Shown here one piece after another: positions 41,397 through 53,897 of a stretch of 64,000 bases of DNA (its first letter is position 1; each line of letters begins with the position of its first letter). The position numbers and the translations under genes were made by a program. Source of the stretch: Kudoa neothunni (taxonomy: Eukaryota > Animalia > Cnidaria). The stretch lies in contig OZ199838.1 in NCBI GenBank assembly GCA_964304625.1, forward strand, positions 12,653,843 through 12,717,842. Reading direction: 5' to 3'. The notes under the pieces are model-generated. The model ran no database searches, was not told the DNA's origin, and worked only from the letters and a program-made list of their open reading frames with translations.

Positions 41397-43341
41397 TAAT
41401 ATTTTGGTTTAAGTTTACATGGTTTCCTTCAATAATTAAAATCACACTTAAATCAACCAAATGACTAACTTATGTCACGTTTATCAATCGATTAATGCTA
41501 AATAAAAAAAAGTTTGTTCACATTTAGCAAAGCGAAATAGCACAAATTATAATTCCCATTCGCTTACGTAACAATTCGAAAACTACTAAAAGGACAGAGA
41601 AGTTTAGTAACTTCACACATAATTTGTTCAATTAATTGATCAATTATTTAAAAATGGATAAAAGTAGCACTTTCTACAAACTCAATAAATTAAGAAAATT
41701 AAATGTTTAACAGTACTAATTCCGACAATTAAGTTTATCAATGATTTATTCAACAAAGAGTAGATTTAGTTATACTAAACGAATAGTATTATAGGGTTTC
41801 ACGATCAAAATGAGATTTTTCCAAATGAGTTCGAGAATTTTTTTAGATAAGGCTGTCTTCAATTAAAATAAGCGCCGAGCAAAATGGAGCGAGCTGAGTT
41901 GCCTAATAGTTGGATTTGCCGACGTCAAGTGAGATTAAGAGGAACACTTTTGAAACGACGAGGTTTTTAATAATATTTTCATTATTAATATTGTAAAATA
42001 AATTCGTATAAATTTTTTATTATTAAAACGCAATTTTTTATATTTTCTTAGATTCACAATTTTAGTATTAAGTAAAATCCTGGAAAAGGTCAAACGAATA
42101 TAGAGCCAGTAAATACTGGCTATGAAAATTGAGAAAAAAGTCAGAAAAAAACAATAGAAGCAATCTCGGAAAACATATTTCTGTGATGCTTTCATTAAAT
42201 TACAATAAAATAGGCGTTGTAAAGATTCAGAATCGTGTAGCTGATAGAAAATCAAATTTATTCAATGGTCAAGAATTTGGCATTTTTTAATTGATTGTAA
42301 TTTTCTATTGTGACTGAACAATATCATCAGTCGAATAAACGGGAAGTTTAGAATTTAGGCCAGCATAAGTGCGGTTTATAGAATTTTAAAGTACTGCCAT
42401 TACACGATTAAATCTATTGTCTCCATTCCTAGGAGAAAAAATTGTGAATCTACCATTGAAACGAGATTCAAATATGCCAAAGACTAGGAAATTTGAACAG
42501 GGATATGAGATAATAAGTTGTTATTTGTAATGGAGGTTAAGTTATCGGATATGACAAAATCAAAAATGAAAGAGTTGGGCTAGAAGTGTTTCCCCATATC
42601 TATGTTGACTTTGACCGAAGCACGGATATTCGTATTGAGTCTGCCGTGATTGAGTATGGGATGATATATTTTTTAATTCTTGATGAGGTAAACAATGGTG
42701 AATACATCAAAAAATGTCTTATTGAAATAAAACAGGGCTGCATATCCTAGTATATAAAGAAACGATTTTTATCTCAACCCCATGCGTGCATATCACTTCA
42801 AAAGGCTTAATAACAGAATTAATTTATTTTAACTTAAATTAATTTACCTACCGCCGGATTCTCCCCTTTAAAACTCGATAGAAAAATTATTTTCACCGGA
42901 CAAAACCAAAAAATGAATATCATTTAAATGTCAAGAGTTTAGTGGCTTCTATTGTGAAAAATTCTATTAGAAGTCGAAATACATATAAAAAAAGGAATAA
43001 ACAAATAACTAATAAATAAAATATTTTACTATTACTATTATTAGTTTTGTTACATTGAAAACTTTTCTCGGTGCAGAATTTGAGTCAATCTTTATTTTTA
43101 ACAGAAATTTAAATAAAAAACCATTTAACATAAGGAAGTTAACAATGATTACATTAAAATATTATATTTATAGTGAAAAATCTCACATTGATCGCAAAAC
43201 ATATCGTATTGATCGGCAAACCCTATAAAAGCATAAAAGGTGAAGATGAATTGGCGCGAATAAAATACAAAAATAATAACAATCTACATAAATACACTAA
43301 TAATATTAAGCACGAAGGTGTATTGAATTGTAAAAACTCTG

Positions 43342-44326
43342 TTATACTTTGCCTAGATACCAAATTAACAACAAAAATTCAAACACCTCTACAATACCAC
43401 CATAATCATCCGGCATCCTTTCAATGAAGTACCTTGAATCGGGGAAAATTATAAACAATCACACAACTTAGTTATAATACTGATGATTGGATATGTACAT
43501 AATGGGTACGCCGGGAATTTTTCGTAGTCTTCTTCTCAAATCACGATCACACGTCGCAACAATATAGCAACGATGTTGTTGCACTCGATTGACTAAACAA
43601 TCATCAGCATAGGTTCCTTTATGTTGGCAGGGAAGACGTTTCACCCTAGGATCTTTAGCAATCCTATTTAACAAAATCTCAACAAAACACATCACGTATT
43701 TAATCACTTTAATGCAATACGACATCGACTTCCCAACTTTTCCAACTCACCAATAACACAATCACTTATACAAGCAGTTGCTACATTTTTGTTAATTAAC
43801 ATATTACAAATACAAAATAAACACATCCTTATTATATTCAAGGAATAAAAACTAAAAAACCCTACTTTTCGCACATAAACAATCCAGCAACGATTCAAAC
43901 ATATCCAGCTTGTTCATTATAGAAAAATTGATAAAATTAGTGTCCACCAAAACAAAATATGGAGGGCCCAGCTGGGTGTTGTATTCGAAAAACAAACCGG
44001 ACGATACCTGTTCACTAGAGTAAAATAAAAAAATCCCATATGAAGAAATGAAGATATGAAAGCTTTGTGAATAAATTACACTCTACTAATAGTTTTATTT
44101 TTTGGGCTGAATCGTAGGTTTACCACTTAAACAACAATTTAAGTAACTGAAACATTACACAGAGGGATAATACATGGACTTGGTTTCCTTCTTAGCGATC
44201 TTCTTGAGCTTCGTTGCCTTAACTTTTCTAGAACGCCCCTAAACCCCCAAACATAACAATCAACATACAATTTTAATGTTAATAAAATGCGTCCAATTAT
44301 CAATTAAAATCAATTTAACTCACCAT
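43342..44326 (-). CDS. FCF1: rRNA-processing PIN nuclease FCF1/UTP24 (3' end approximate)
   Basis: [103 protein letters not shown]-only first exon. Confidence 0.96.
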
Positions 44327-44476
44327 TTATACGCAAATTTATTATCCTCAGGCAGATGCGATGTTACACTCCAATAATCAATTCAGCACCTTCAAGCCTA
44401 GCGTTACCTTGCACGCCAGAATTATCAACACCTCGCGCATGCACACATCCCTCATAAGACCTTTAATACCCCGGTT
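44327..44476. promoter_or_regulatory. Putative bidirectional promoter between FCF1 and RRP7A with NRF1-like CGCGCATGCACA (44434-44445)
   Basis: Head-to-head ATGs ~150 bp apart; CG-rich motif in an AT-rich background. Confidence 0.6.
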
Positions 44477-45652
44477 ATGGCTTCAAACAACAATAAAAAT
44501 ACTTTTATACACGTTTTTTTTTAAGAAGGAACAACTCGTTCCTTATAAACTGTTCGTTAAACCAGCACGAAAAGTGGATAACTTGTCGTTACCATCCAAA
44601 TTCTTGGATTACAGCATTGTGGTAACAAATCTACCCAATTATATAGGAAAAGTATTATCATTTGGAATGATGAACTTTTGTTCTAATTAATATTCAGATT
44701 GGAGCAAGATTGCTCTTTGGAAGATTTGGTGGGATTCACAAAGTCATTATTATTAAAGGTAGCAAACGAAAAATTAAGTCAGTTGCAAAGAAATCGACTA
44801 ATGAAAACATTAATGCTAATGAACTGGTAATTTCGGTGATATCGTCAATTGAAATGTGTTCGACGTTTTCGTGATGATGACAAAATTTAGAACCGACTGA
44901 AGGATGCTGAGATTTGGAAGGCGGTAGTGTCTTTCAAATCACATGAAGGCGTATTCAATGCGATTAGAATGGCTGAATTAAATGAATCCGTAAGACTGCA
45001 CGTCAGAAATACGATGCCGGTATATGAATTCAAAGGTATTTCCATATAAATATTCGGCGACGGTTGTATATTTTTGCCATTGGTAGGATGGTTAAATCTT
45101 TATCGAAGCTTTTTACAACGAAAAGATTTCCCTCAACAAGTAGAAAATGGAGTTTATGGTTACTACAGTAAACCAAGCAAACAACATAAAATCAAAGAAG
45201 CTGGATCAGATAATAGTGATAATGATGATGATGATGATTCCGACAACGGTTCATGGAACAGTATCAACAGAACTCTTAGCGATGCGTTGACGACCAGCGG
45301 GAAGGATGATGTATGGATACAGCCTAGAAAACTGATGGCGTCTAATGGTGAAAGATTTGATTTGGCAAGAAATAGAAAGAGAAAGAGATCATTTGTATGC
45401 AATTTATGGGCAGCATTAATTTGAATTTTGAAAAAACTTTAGAACTTCCCATACTTCTATTCGTCTCAAAAAAGAAATTCTCATCTTGAAAGTATGAATT
45501 ATACATTATATTAGGAGTTTTTGTTGCTTGTTTGATAATTGATCTCATGTTTACACATTTAGATTTGAGACAACTTCAGCAAAATTTTGATCGAGAAAAG
45601 AAGCCTTGTTCCGAACCACAGAAAGAAACGGATTTTTAAACCAAACGTCTAA
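44477..45652 (+). CDS. RRP7A: Ribosomal RNA-processing protein 7 (two apparent +1 indels, probably assembly errors)
   Basis: RRM-like IVVTNLPNY...LFGRFGGI; GWLNLY; DDVWIQP; RKRKRSFNFPYFYSSQKRNSHLENLRQLQQNFDREKK..RKKRIFKP, matching the Rrp7 C-terminus (NFY..Q.RE.K...L..L..KFEEDK...RKFRP). The frame needs one base removed at ~44514 (T9 run) and one at ~45604. Confidence 0.82.
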
Positions 45653-46130
45653 TTTAATAGCTAATTTGTGATCTAATTTGTTCCCATGTTTATGAGTTGT
45701 GTATCTGATGCGCATTTTAAATATAAAAGATTGGTGAGACCTGTGGCCTGATATCTAAAATTAAAACTACGAATTTTATATCTTTCTTGTTTTTCTGTCG
45801 ATTTCACATTTTTAACAATTTCAAAGTCCAAATGTCCATTTAAATTTTAAATGAACAGGAGTAAAAATTGCACCTCCCATTTCACTCAATTTTGAATAAT
45901 TCATCCAAATAATTATAAAATGTTGAGGTGATTTTTTTGTACTTAAAAACAATTTAAAAATAATTTTAGTGAATTTTAATATCAAAATATACATCCAAAA
46001 GTAAAAGAACAATGTAATTTATATTTAGGTATAATCGTAACGTATTTCTTAAAAATATTCATATACAGTAGGTAACCGATAATACGTAATCCCCTCGAAC
46101 CGTCAAGAAAGTACGTATTAATGTTGCAAC

Positions 46131-47057
46131 CACAGCGTCCAAACCTTGGGTTTTCCCCAAGATCTTTGATTTTTCTACTAACCTTGGGTTTCTTGGGGTT
46201 TTTTTTGCTCATTTACAAAACTTGTAGATTATTGAATGTTTTTGAGGTCAGTTATAAATAATATGTTTTATAATTATGTAGAATAATCATATTTATTGTT
46301 TTAGTAATGAAGAGAATTCAAATCATTCGAAATTTTTAGAAGATATCACGATCGTGGGAAACACACTATTGTCCCAATTTTTGAATAATTATTATTTGAT
46401 CAATTGTTCTTATTATTCTGTGATTGTATTTGGATATTCCAACGCTGTCTTAAAATTTTCTAATTATTTAATAATATATTTTGAAGTTATTGACGTATAT
46501 TATTTTAAAGTATACGTGAAATTTCAAATGGAGATCAAAAAAGAGCGTGGGGTAATATGTGCTCCAATCAAGATTGGTTAAAAGTTGATTTTAAATATTG
46601 GCTCGATCGATTTGCCAACGACAGAAATTCCACCTACTGCAAATGTTAAACGAATTTTTTCATTAATGAACGCAGTAAAAACTAAACAAACTAACTCATT
46701 CAAGGTTGAAAATGTAAAATGGAAACTTCTCGCAAAGCAGTTGATCAGAAGAAATAATAATATGTGTTTGGCGCCCGCATCTAACAAATAAACTAACACA
46801 TGATGTGAGCAGCGGTGCTGTGGAAAAACGATATCTTGGAAGTTTGAAAAATTGATCAAGTTTCGTAACTGGAAGTTGTGGAGATGATAAAGACGATTCG
46901 ATTGTCGATAATAATTAGAAAACGCGCTTAGAACAAAAATTTTTGTTATTTTAATAATATTATTGTGTTTTCTATGTGACGTTTGGTTTTTTCGTTAAAT
47001 CAGGTTTTTTATGAGTTCATCCTTGGGTTTTTTCCGATTGTCTCGTTGGACGTCCTG
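46131..47057 (+). mobile_element. Non-autonomous hAT element (family B, copy 1) with hATC dimerisation-domain remnant
   Basis: Perfect 8-bp TSD GTTGCAAC (46123-46130 / 47058-47065); right TIR TTGGACGTCCTG; internal IPPTANVKRIFSLMNAVKTKQTNSF (hATC SNA.VERIFS.M...KT..RN). Similar to 58688-59568 along its length, with long near-identical stretches. Confidence 0.9.
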
Positions 47058-47075
47058 GTTGCAACTGATAGTATG

Positions 47076-47300
47076 TAGGTGTTAAGGTTAAGACGGTTCG
47101 GTTTCGGTTATTGCTAAAAGGGTTTTCGGTTTTGTAAATAATTTTTCCAATTTTTATTGTTATATTTTACAACCAAAAAATATGTAAAAATGGGATAGAT
47201 TGAAAATTTATTTTGGTCATTCTTTTGTTTAAATATTACATCAGTTGATAATAGAAGCTAATTTATATTAGTTAAAAAACCGAACCGATTTTAATCCCTA
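47076..47300. mobile_element. Small hAT MITE
   Basis: TAGGTGTTAA...TTAATCCCTA termini, CGGTTCGGTTT/AAACCGAACCG subterminal inverted repeats, 8-bp TSD atagtatg/atagtacg. Confidence 0.75.
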
Positions 47301-48271
47301 ATAGTACGCGGTTAAAATGCGCGCAAGGTTATTTTTATTTGTGTTTTCTTTTTCCCTCAGCATAAGTTAAACAACTTAATTTGGAAGAGAATAATTAAAA
47401 ATACATTAATAAGATTATTTAGCTGAAAAAATAATTTGTAAATTTTGTTTAAACCATATTTTATGGTAAAATATTTATCTCCTTTTACATTGGGATAAAA
47501 TGATATAAATAATCGTTTAATAAAATTATAAAAGTTTTTTTTTACTTATTTATTTTTAGCGCCATATTAAAAAAGAAGGTTTTATATTTTGACTATAAAA
47601 ATGTTTAAAAACTTCACCTTATTTAATCTGGATACAGTGTATACTATAAAAAGTCTAATGACAACTATTATTGCACTTTCAGATACATTTTAGAATAAAT
47701 TTAGATAATTTCTAATATTCCTACAACAATTAAATTGTTAAAATTTTAATCATATCCTCGTTTTGAATAAGCAAAAAAAATTGTACGTGGTTTGGCCGAA
47801 AAAGTGCGTATTATTTATCTATTACGTGATGTAATAGATTGTTAATTTCCTAGTTTAAGCCAAAAACATTTTAAAGACTTTTACCTTTTATAATCATAAA
47901 AATATTATAAAACGTTTCAACTAATATAAACTTTGAATACGTCGTATTGATGAAAGTGCGTATTGTCGTCTGTGCGTACTATCAGTTACCTACTACTGTA
48001 TATATTTTAAAAGCTGGGAAATTAATTTAATCTTCTAATGCGCTAAAAACCTTCTTCTATTTCCTGGCTTCAAGAATTAACGCGATATCCCGTTTATTAT
48101 GCCGGATTCTCCCCAGAAGAATTAAATCTAGGTTAAAAAATTTGTTTTCCAACAGAACCGAAGTGAAACAGTTATCGCAAAAAATGTTTCTTCTGACCTA
48201 TTCAAGTGTGACAAGAGCTTTAAACAACCTTTTCACCAACACATTTTGTAATCTGGTGATTGTTTCTGCCT

Positions 48272-48777
48272 GGACAATATGGCATATGGCATAGTGGTGT
48301 TAGGTCGTGATCGCAAACCTTGAGGTTGCGAGGTAGAAGCCTAATGGGGGCGTCCCTGTACTCCTAATCCGAATTTAAGTAGAAAGGCTGTAGTAATCGC
48401 AAAGATCTATGATTTATCGTGGCCTTGCTTTCAGCTGGAAGAGGAATCTGGCGGAAGGGTAGATCTTGGGCGCTCATAAATGCCGGGGTACAGGAACGAA
48501 ATATAACCCAGTAGGTGTAGGGGGTTTCCGTAGATCCGACGCCCACATTCAGACGACCTTTCTATACCAATTCTGGGTTAGTCCAGGGTATGGTTGGGGT
48601 GGTGATTGCCCCGAAACGAGGATGTTTAGTGGGTTAAAATCTCACATTACCGCATAAACGTAAGTCGCCTTAATATGACGCTGCGATGCCTAAAGCGTAA
48701 ATGGAGAGGGTCTAACCAGCCCGAACTTCACAATCTAACAAGTTGCGCCGGGGGTTTTACCTTGTAAACAAAAAAAA
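48272..48777 (+). mobile_element. Probable tRNA-derived SINE-like element (GC-rich island with A-rich tail)
   Basis: A-box-like TGGCATAGTGG (48287), degenerate B-box-like GGTAGAAGCC (48332), ~0.5 kb of markedly higher GC, ending in AAACAAAAAAA. No convincing ORF. Confidence 0.55.
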
Positions 48778-48779
48778 TG

Positions 48780-49221
48780 AATTATCTACACCTACAACAC
48801 TATCATCAAACACTATCGTACAATCTCCACCATGCACACATACATCTTTATGCAATAATATCGTTGTGAGTGAAGGGTATGAAGCAAATAAAGAATATAA
48901 ATTGTTCGTCACCGCTGTAGGAAGATCAGCAGAAGTAGCCCTATCTATACCTAAAAGTATTATTTTTGTTATTCAAATTTTTTTTATTTATTGTGTATAA
49001 TAAATATATTTCTTCACTACAATTTTTCAATTCTTTAACATTTAAAAATTACTTTTTCAGTCATTTGCATTAGAACAAATATAATTTAGATCCATCACTT
49101 GTATCCAATGAAGACGTGAATACAAAAATAATTGTAGTGATCGTACGTGAGGATAAAACGTTAAAAGTTGAAACTACTCTACTTTATGGCGTGGATGAAA
49201 ATCCTGAATTCAAATGGGAAT
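48780..49221 (+). pseudogene. Internal two-exon fragment of the Cys-FN3 surface-protein paralog
   Basis: PTTLSSNTIVQSPPCTHTSLCNNIVVSEGYEANKEYKLFVTAVGRS parallels the intact gene's TTTVPQDSSMCVKPPLCSSIIFHDYDAKDEYKVLITAVGKS. 49083-49221 is highly similar at DNA level to 23402-23540. Cut by the SINE-like element at left and a TIR element at right. Confidence 0.8.
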
Positions 49222-51083
49222 GGCAGTGGCTATTCTTATGGTAAAGAATATCTCCTAGAATAGCTAAGATATTTTAAAACTGATTTCACCGATGTGTAAA
49301 GCTATTTTTTATTTCCTCATTTATACCAAATTTATCAAGTTATATCTTCATTAAAAATTTCTGATGAGTATGAGCGTTATATCGTAATTAGTTCTTTAAA
49401 TTTGCCTATTTATAAACCTAATTTTAAAAATAATACATAACTGTGTTTTTATTTTGCGGTGAAAATGCTTTTTACATACTCTACGTGCTCGTTGAATTTG
49501 AGTTGAGCACGATTTCTCCGTTGCTTACATAACAGTTGCGATGTTCTGGATAGTCGATTAAATAAAAGAAAACGTTATAAATTTTTTTAACCTTATTTAA
49601 AATTATATATTTCTTTCGTAAAATGTATTGGAATATGTATATGGCTAATTCATCTCAGAGGTCATTCAATGACTAATGTGTATTTAATATTTCACGAGGC
49701 TATATTTAAAACTAATTCGTACTTGAATAATAACAGATATATTTTAAATTATTCGTACATCATAATTTTACTTGTTCTTTGGATTTTCAATAATGTTGTT
49801 TTATTATCTTCTAATACATTAAATTTTAATGGAAAATTTATACCAAACAATGGTGCTTAGAAATCTTGGTTTCATTAAATACTCAAATAGGCACGATTTT
49901 ACCACTCCTAATATTTGGCGCTTGAGAATTCTTTGGACGGATTGTAATTGGGCATTTCAGATATTAAGGTTTGTTCAAATTTATACTGCTTATATGTAAT
50001 AAATTAATTTTAAATTTTATTTAAATATTCATTATCCGGAATAAAAATCATTATATATAATTATAAATTGTTTAATTTAAAATATTTGAGTAGCAATCTT
50101 ACCTCAAGAGAAACTATACGCAATATTCTCTAAGTGTTATTTTCGTTAGACGCACAATTCACAAAAACATATACTAATGTTAAAATTATGGTAGAGGGTG
50201 AAATATTACCATTAATTTATTATTTTCTTTTCTTACCATGATTATTTATGAAAATCTGATCGATTTGTGATTTTTTCCAGGCAGGGATAGCATAAGTTGC
50301 CGTTATGCTCTACTGAAAATAACGCAAATATTCAAAACATACAAACAATTTTTTTAGTATCCTATTAAAATATCAAAATGGATCCCCTTTTTAATTTCAT
50401 CATTTTTTTATCAATTCTATGGGTTGATTATCAACGTAAATAAATATTTTTTATTTATAAATTAATGTGGTTAATGCAGAACAAACCTTTTCGAATGCTA
50501 TTTCAACAAAAGCTTGGTCTAAGGAATTGCATTATTTTAAAATTTTTATCATTAAATTTAGAAAAATAATCCCATAGTTAGATAAAAAACGATTTCTCAT
50601 ACTCAAAGTTCTATAATTAGAAACTGTAAACATTATCTTCTAAATTCATTATGCGTTAAAATTGCCAATTTTAAATGAAATCTAAAAAATAGATTTGAAA
50701 ATTCCGTTTAAAATCAACAGTTTTGCAGCATTGGAAACGACGTTCCCTATGTACTAGACAAGGCTACTTTCGCAAGCTAGAACACATGATGCACGTGCTT
50801 CACGACTAAAACCTCTGAACTTATTAGAAGCATGGAAAATGTCGTTTTCATCATTTAAGAAATATTTTACACGTCAGTATATTTATGAATAGGTGAATCT
50901 TAAGCGAATTCAATAAATTAAGGATGATAAAAGAATCATACTCAGAAATTTTTAATAAAAAAATAACTTGATAAATTTTGTATAAATGAGGAAATAAAAA
51001 TAGTTTTACACATCAGTGAAATCAGTTTTACAATATCTTAGCTATTCTAGGAGATATTCTTTACCGTAAGAATAGCCAGTGCC
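49222..51083. mobile_element. Non-autonomous DNA transposon with ~120-bp terminal inverted repeats, superfamily unassigned
   Basis: GGCAGTGGCTATTCTTATGGTAAAGAATATCTCCTAGAATAGCTAAG...TTATCAAGTT (49222-49340) is inverted at 50965-51083 with few mismatches. No internal transposase ORF and no clear TSD. Confidence 0.85.
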
Positions 51084-52622
51084 TTTAAATTAGGCATTTA
51101 ATTTAAAAATTTTAACTTTATTTTTTAATTTAACGGATTTTAATAAAAATATATATCATTCCACATTAATAAAGTCTGAAAAATTGTTCCCTTTATAATT
51201 AATTTCTTAATAATTACGCCCAATAAAACCCACAATACATATTGTTTCAAAATGAATAAATTGCGTGATATTTATGATATTATAGTTTTTAATGTTGCGA
51301 CATATCACGAAAACAATTTTTGAATTGCTTTTATTACAGTTGGTTCTACAAACATAAAAAATAATCCTCGTTTTCCTGTCTCGAGATCTTGAACAATAAT
51401 AGCATCACTCGCAACAAAGAAATTTGAGAAATTATAATATAGATTCGAAAATTAACATATGGACATGGACTACAATGCAGGCCAACAACTGTCGGATTGT
51501 TAATTATCCAAATAATGTTGACAATTATAATTGTCAGATTTGTTAGTATTTCAAATAACAATTGAGAAAAAGACTCACCATAAAATATGAAATATGCACC
51601 AGCTAAGGAGTTTATTTTGTATGAAGTGTAGGAATGTGAATCGTGAGATGTTGAGAAATATTTTTTTAGAGCTTTTAGTTATCTTAAGTTTCTCAGAAAA
51701 CTAATTAACCCCATCCTTATTACAGTATATATTTAGGTAGCATTTACTATCTTCAGAAACAAAGGATTGTTATTAATAACCAAAAACATCCAAAGTTATC
51801 ATAAAATTCATTGATATTGGATTTAATTTCATTCAAAACATTACATTAAGAAACATTTATGGATGCATTTCATTCTTTGGCAACGATAGGTATTTAACTT
51901 ATGCATAGTTTTTTTTTCAATTTATCTCTGCTTCAAGTCGATATAATTTTGTTTAATTCTCAGAATTGATTTAAATTATTTTTCTTTGTTGTTTGGTAGA
52001 AAAAAAACGTGGGGTCCATTGGACCCTAAAAGAAGGAATGTGGAAGTATTGTGATTATTTCTTGATCTGAATTTACAGATTAAAATTTTCTGTAATAATT
52101 TAATAGAACTCATATTCATAGAAGAATAGATGTGATCTTAAATCTATTGATGTAATATAAGATCCTCTCTAATTGATTTAAACATCCATTGAGGTTCAAT
52201 GGACCTCAGGCGCTCGAAAGGTTAAAAATCACGCTCTGGCCATCACATATCACTTTTTTCATCACGTTCCCGCCTTTTAGAAACTCTAATACATTGCTTA
52301 CAAGGTATGCTTGGCCGTACAATTTTTTCGTTGATTCAAGTTAGAGTCTAGGTCCCCATTAGCTGCCTCCCCGCGATCGGGAATCCCTGCTTTTAATGAT
52401 ATGAAAATTCAGGGGAAATAAAATAACAAAAGCGTATCATATACAATTATTTCTAATATTAACCTAGCTCATTTGATCATCAGAACCAGTTTATACCACA
52501 TATTAAAGAATAACATTAAAAAAAAATCAGCAATGTGAATTGGAAGCATTATTTATAACGCAAAGTGTAAATTTTGCAAAAAATAAAACCGAAAATAAAA
52601 GCAAATAAAAACTAATAATTGA

Positions 52623-53897
52623 TCAATTTTGTTCATCCACAACCTCTACATTGTTAGTGTTATTTTTCAGCGACATAAGACGCTCTCTTAAAATTGGCAC
52701 ATCTTTAAACCCTTTTATAAAAATAGTTTTTTTCTAGTGGGATAAATCCATGTAAGGATCAATATCAAACCTAGGTTCCTTTCATATCTACAATATAATC
52801 TCAAAAATCTACAACGAAAACAATAATTTACTCAAGTTTTGTTTGCAAGTGATAGAGACAGTGGCATCCCAAGATGTTTGAAACCAAGCAATCGAGACAG
52901 GATCAGCGCAAAATTTGTTTGTGTAATTCAGGTTGTTAAATACAAAGCGCAACTGACTACAAACAACAAATAAACATCACAAATAGTAACATTAATGATT
53001 ACGAAGGATGATAGGAAAGCTTCTGGTTGTAATTGTTGGTGCAGATGGTCGAAAACATGATTTTTATCGATGTGATCGTTCTGTTTATAGCATACAAAAA
53101 GCATTCTATGCAACCCTGTATTCTCCCAAGGTTATAGGAGCCAAATATTCCATTACTGTATCCACCAGATGCAAAATTCATCTGAAATCCATCCATATTG
53201 TTGATTGGCACGTTGATACTATAATAATTCTAATTATCTTTAATCCAAACACAAAACAACACATACACCAGCCAATGAATTAGTTGGTTTTCGGTGGAAA
53301 ACAAATTCCCAATCTAATACATCACTCACATAAATTCAATAACAACATACACATGAAAACTACCCATATCTATCAATGCTAGTGTGAACTTGGAATTGAG
53401 AAGCTCCATATCATTGGTTCTACATGAAAGCGATACAGTTGGTTGAATCAATGCCTTCATTAAAAATTCTCAATTATCCACCATCCAAATCGAATTACTT
53501 CACATGGTTTTATTCTATTCCCGTAATGCACTATGTTGTTATAGTAATCAATATCCATTGAAAAGTGTGGGGAAAAAAATCTCATCATCAAACACATGTG
53601 TTATAGATGAGATAAATTTCGCCAAGTTGTTTGATGTGAGCGAATGTTTTCGAGGTGTGATAAAGATGATTTATGTCATCCAACACTGTTGGATTAATAT
53701 TTTCACCAATAGGTGCAGTTTTTTTCGATGACACCTTTCCGATATAACCTCAAAGGTTTCCGCTTTGTAACGTTTATAATCGATTTCGTTGGCATGCTGT
53801 TGCAACTGGATATTTTCAGCTATTTTTTCAGAGACAGTTTTAGTCACTAAAAAATTTATTTAAATAATCCCAAAATTCCCAACCGAGTAAATTTCAT
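52623..53897 (-). CDS. MRPL38: Mitochondrial ribosomal protein L38 (PEBP-domain mL38) with multiple +1 frameshifts as assembled
   Basis: After removing single extra bases: HIKQLGEIYLIY.HVF...FFP...VHYGNRIKPCEA...FTLALIDMDGNL...LIHWLVINVP...EYLAPIPWENTGLHRMLFVCYKQ...PVSIAWFQTSWDATV...MKEPRFD, matching mL38 (HWL..NIP; YLPP.P..GSG.HR..F.LFKQ; P.GL.FFQ..WD.SV; M.EP.F). Both ends approximate. Confidence 0.78.

Larger units (their letters stand above)
46066..47998. mobile_element. pogo/Tc1-like MITE hosting two nested hAT insertions
   Basis: TA|CAGTAGGTAACCGATAATACG at left; inverted CGTACTATCAGTTACCTACTACTG|TA at right. Confidence 0.65.

Noticed and set aside
41935-42255. 106-aa ORF and many other 60-110-aa ORFs in the track (e.g. 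21110-21412, 46354-46581, 58966-59166, 59282-59734)
   Set aside because: Low-complexity F/I/L/K/N-rich translations of AT-rich TE or intergenic DNA, or antisense shadows of real exons.
44510-45610. Programmed +1 frameshifting in RRP7A (T9 run at ~44514; AAGCCTT at ~45604)
   Set aside because: Both are one-base homopolymer extensions like those in MRPL38, and they share no common slippery-site or stop context. Assembly error is more parsimonious.
48440-48560. RNase P RNA (GGAAG...ATTCAGAC resemblance) or telomerase RNA
   Set aside because: The CR-I/CR-V P4 pairing and spacing do not fit, and there is no CTAACCCT-type template.
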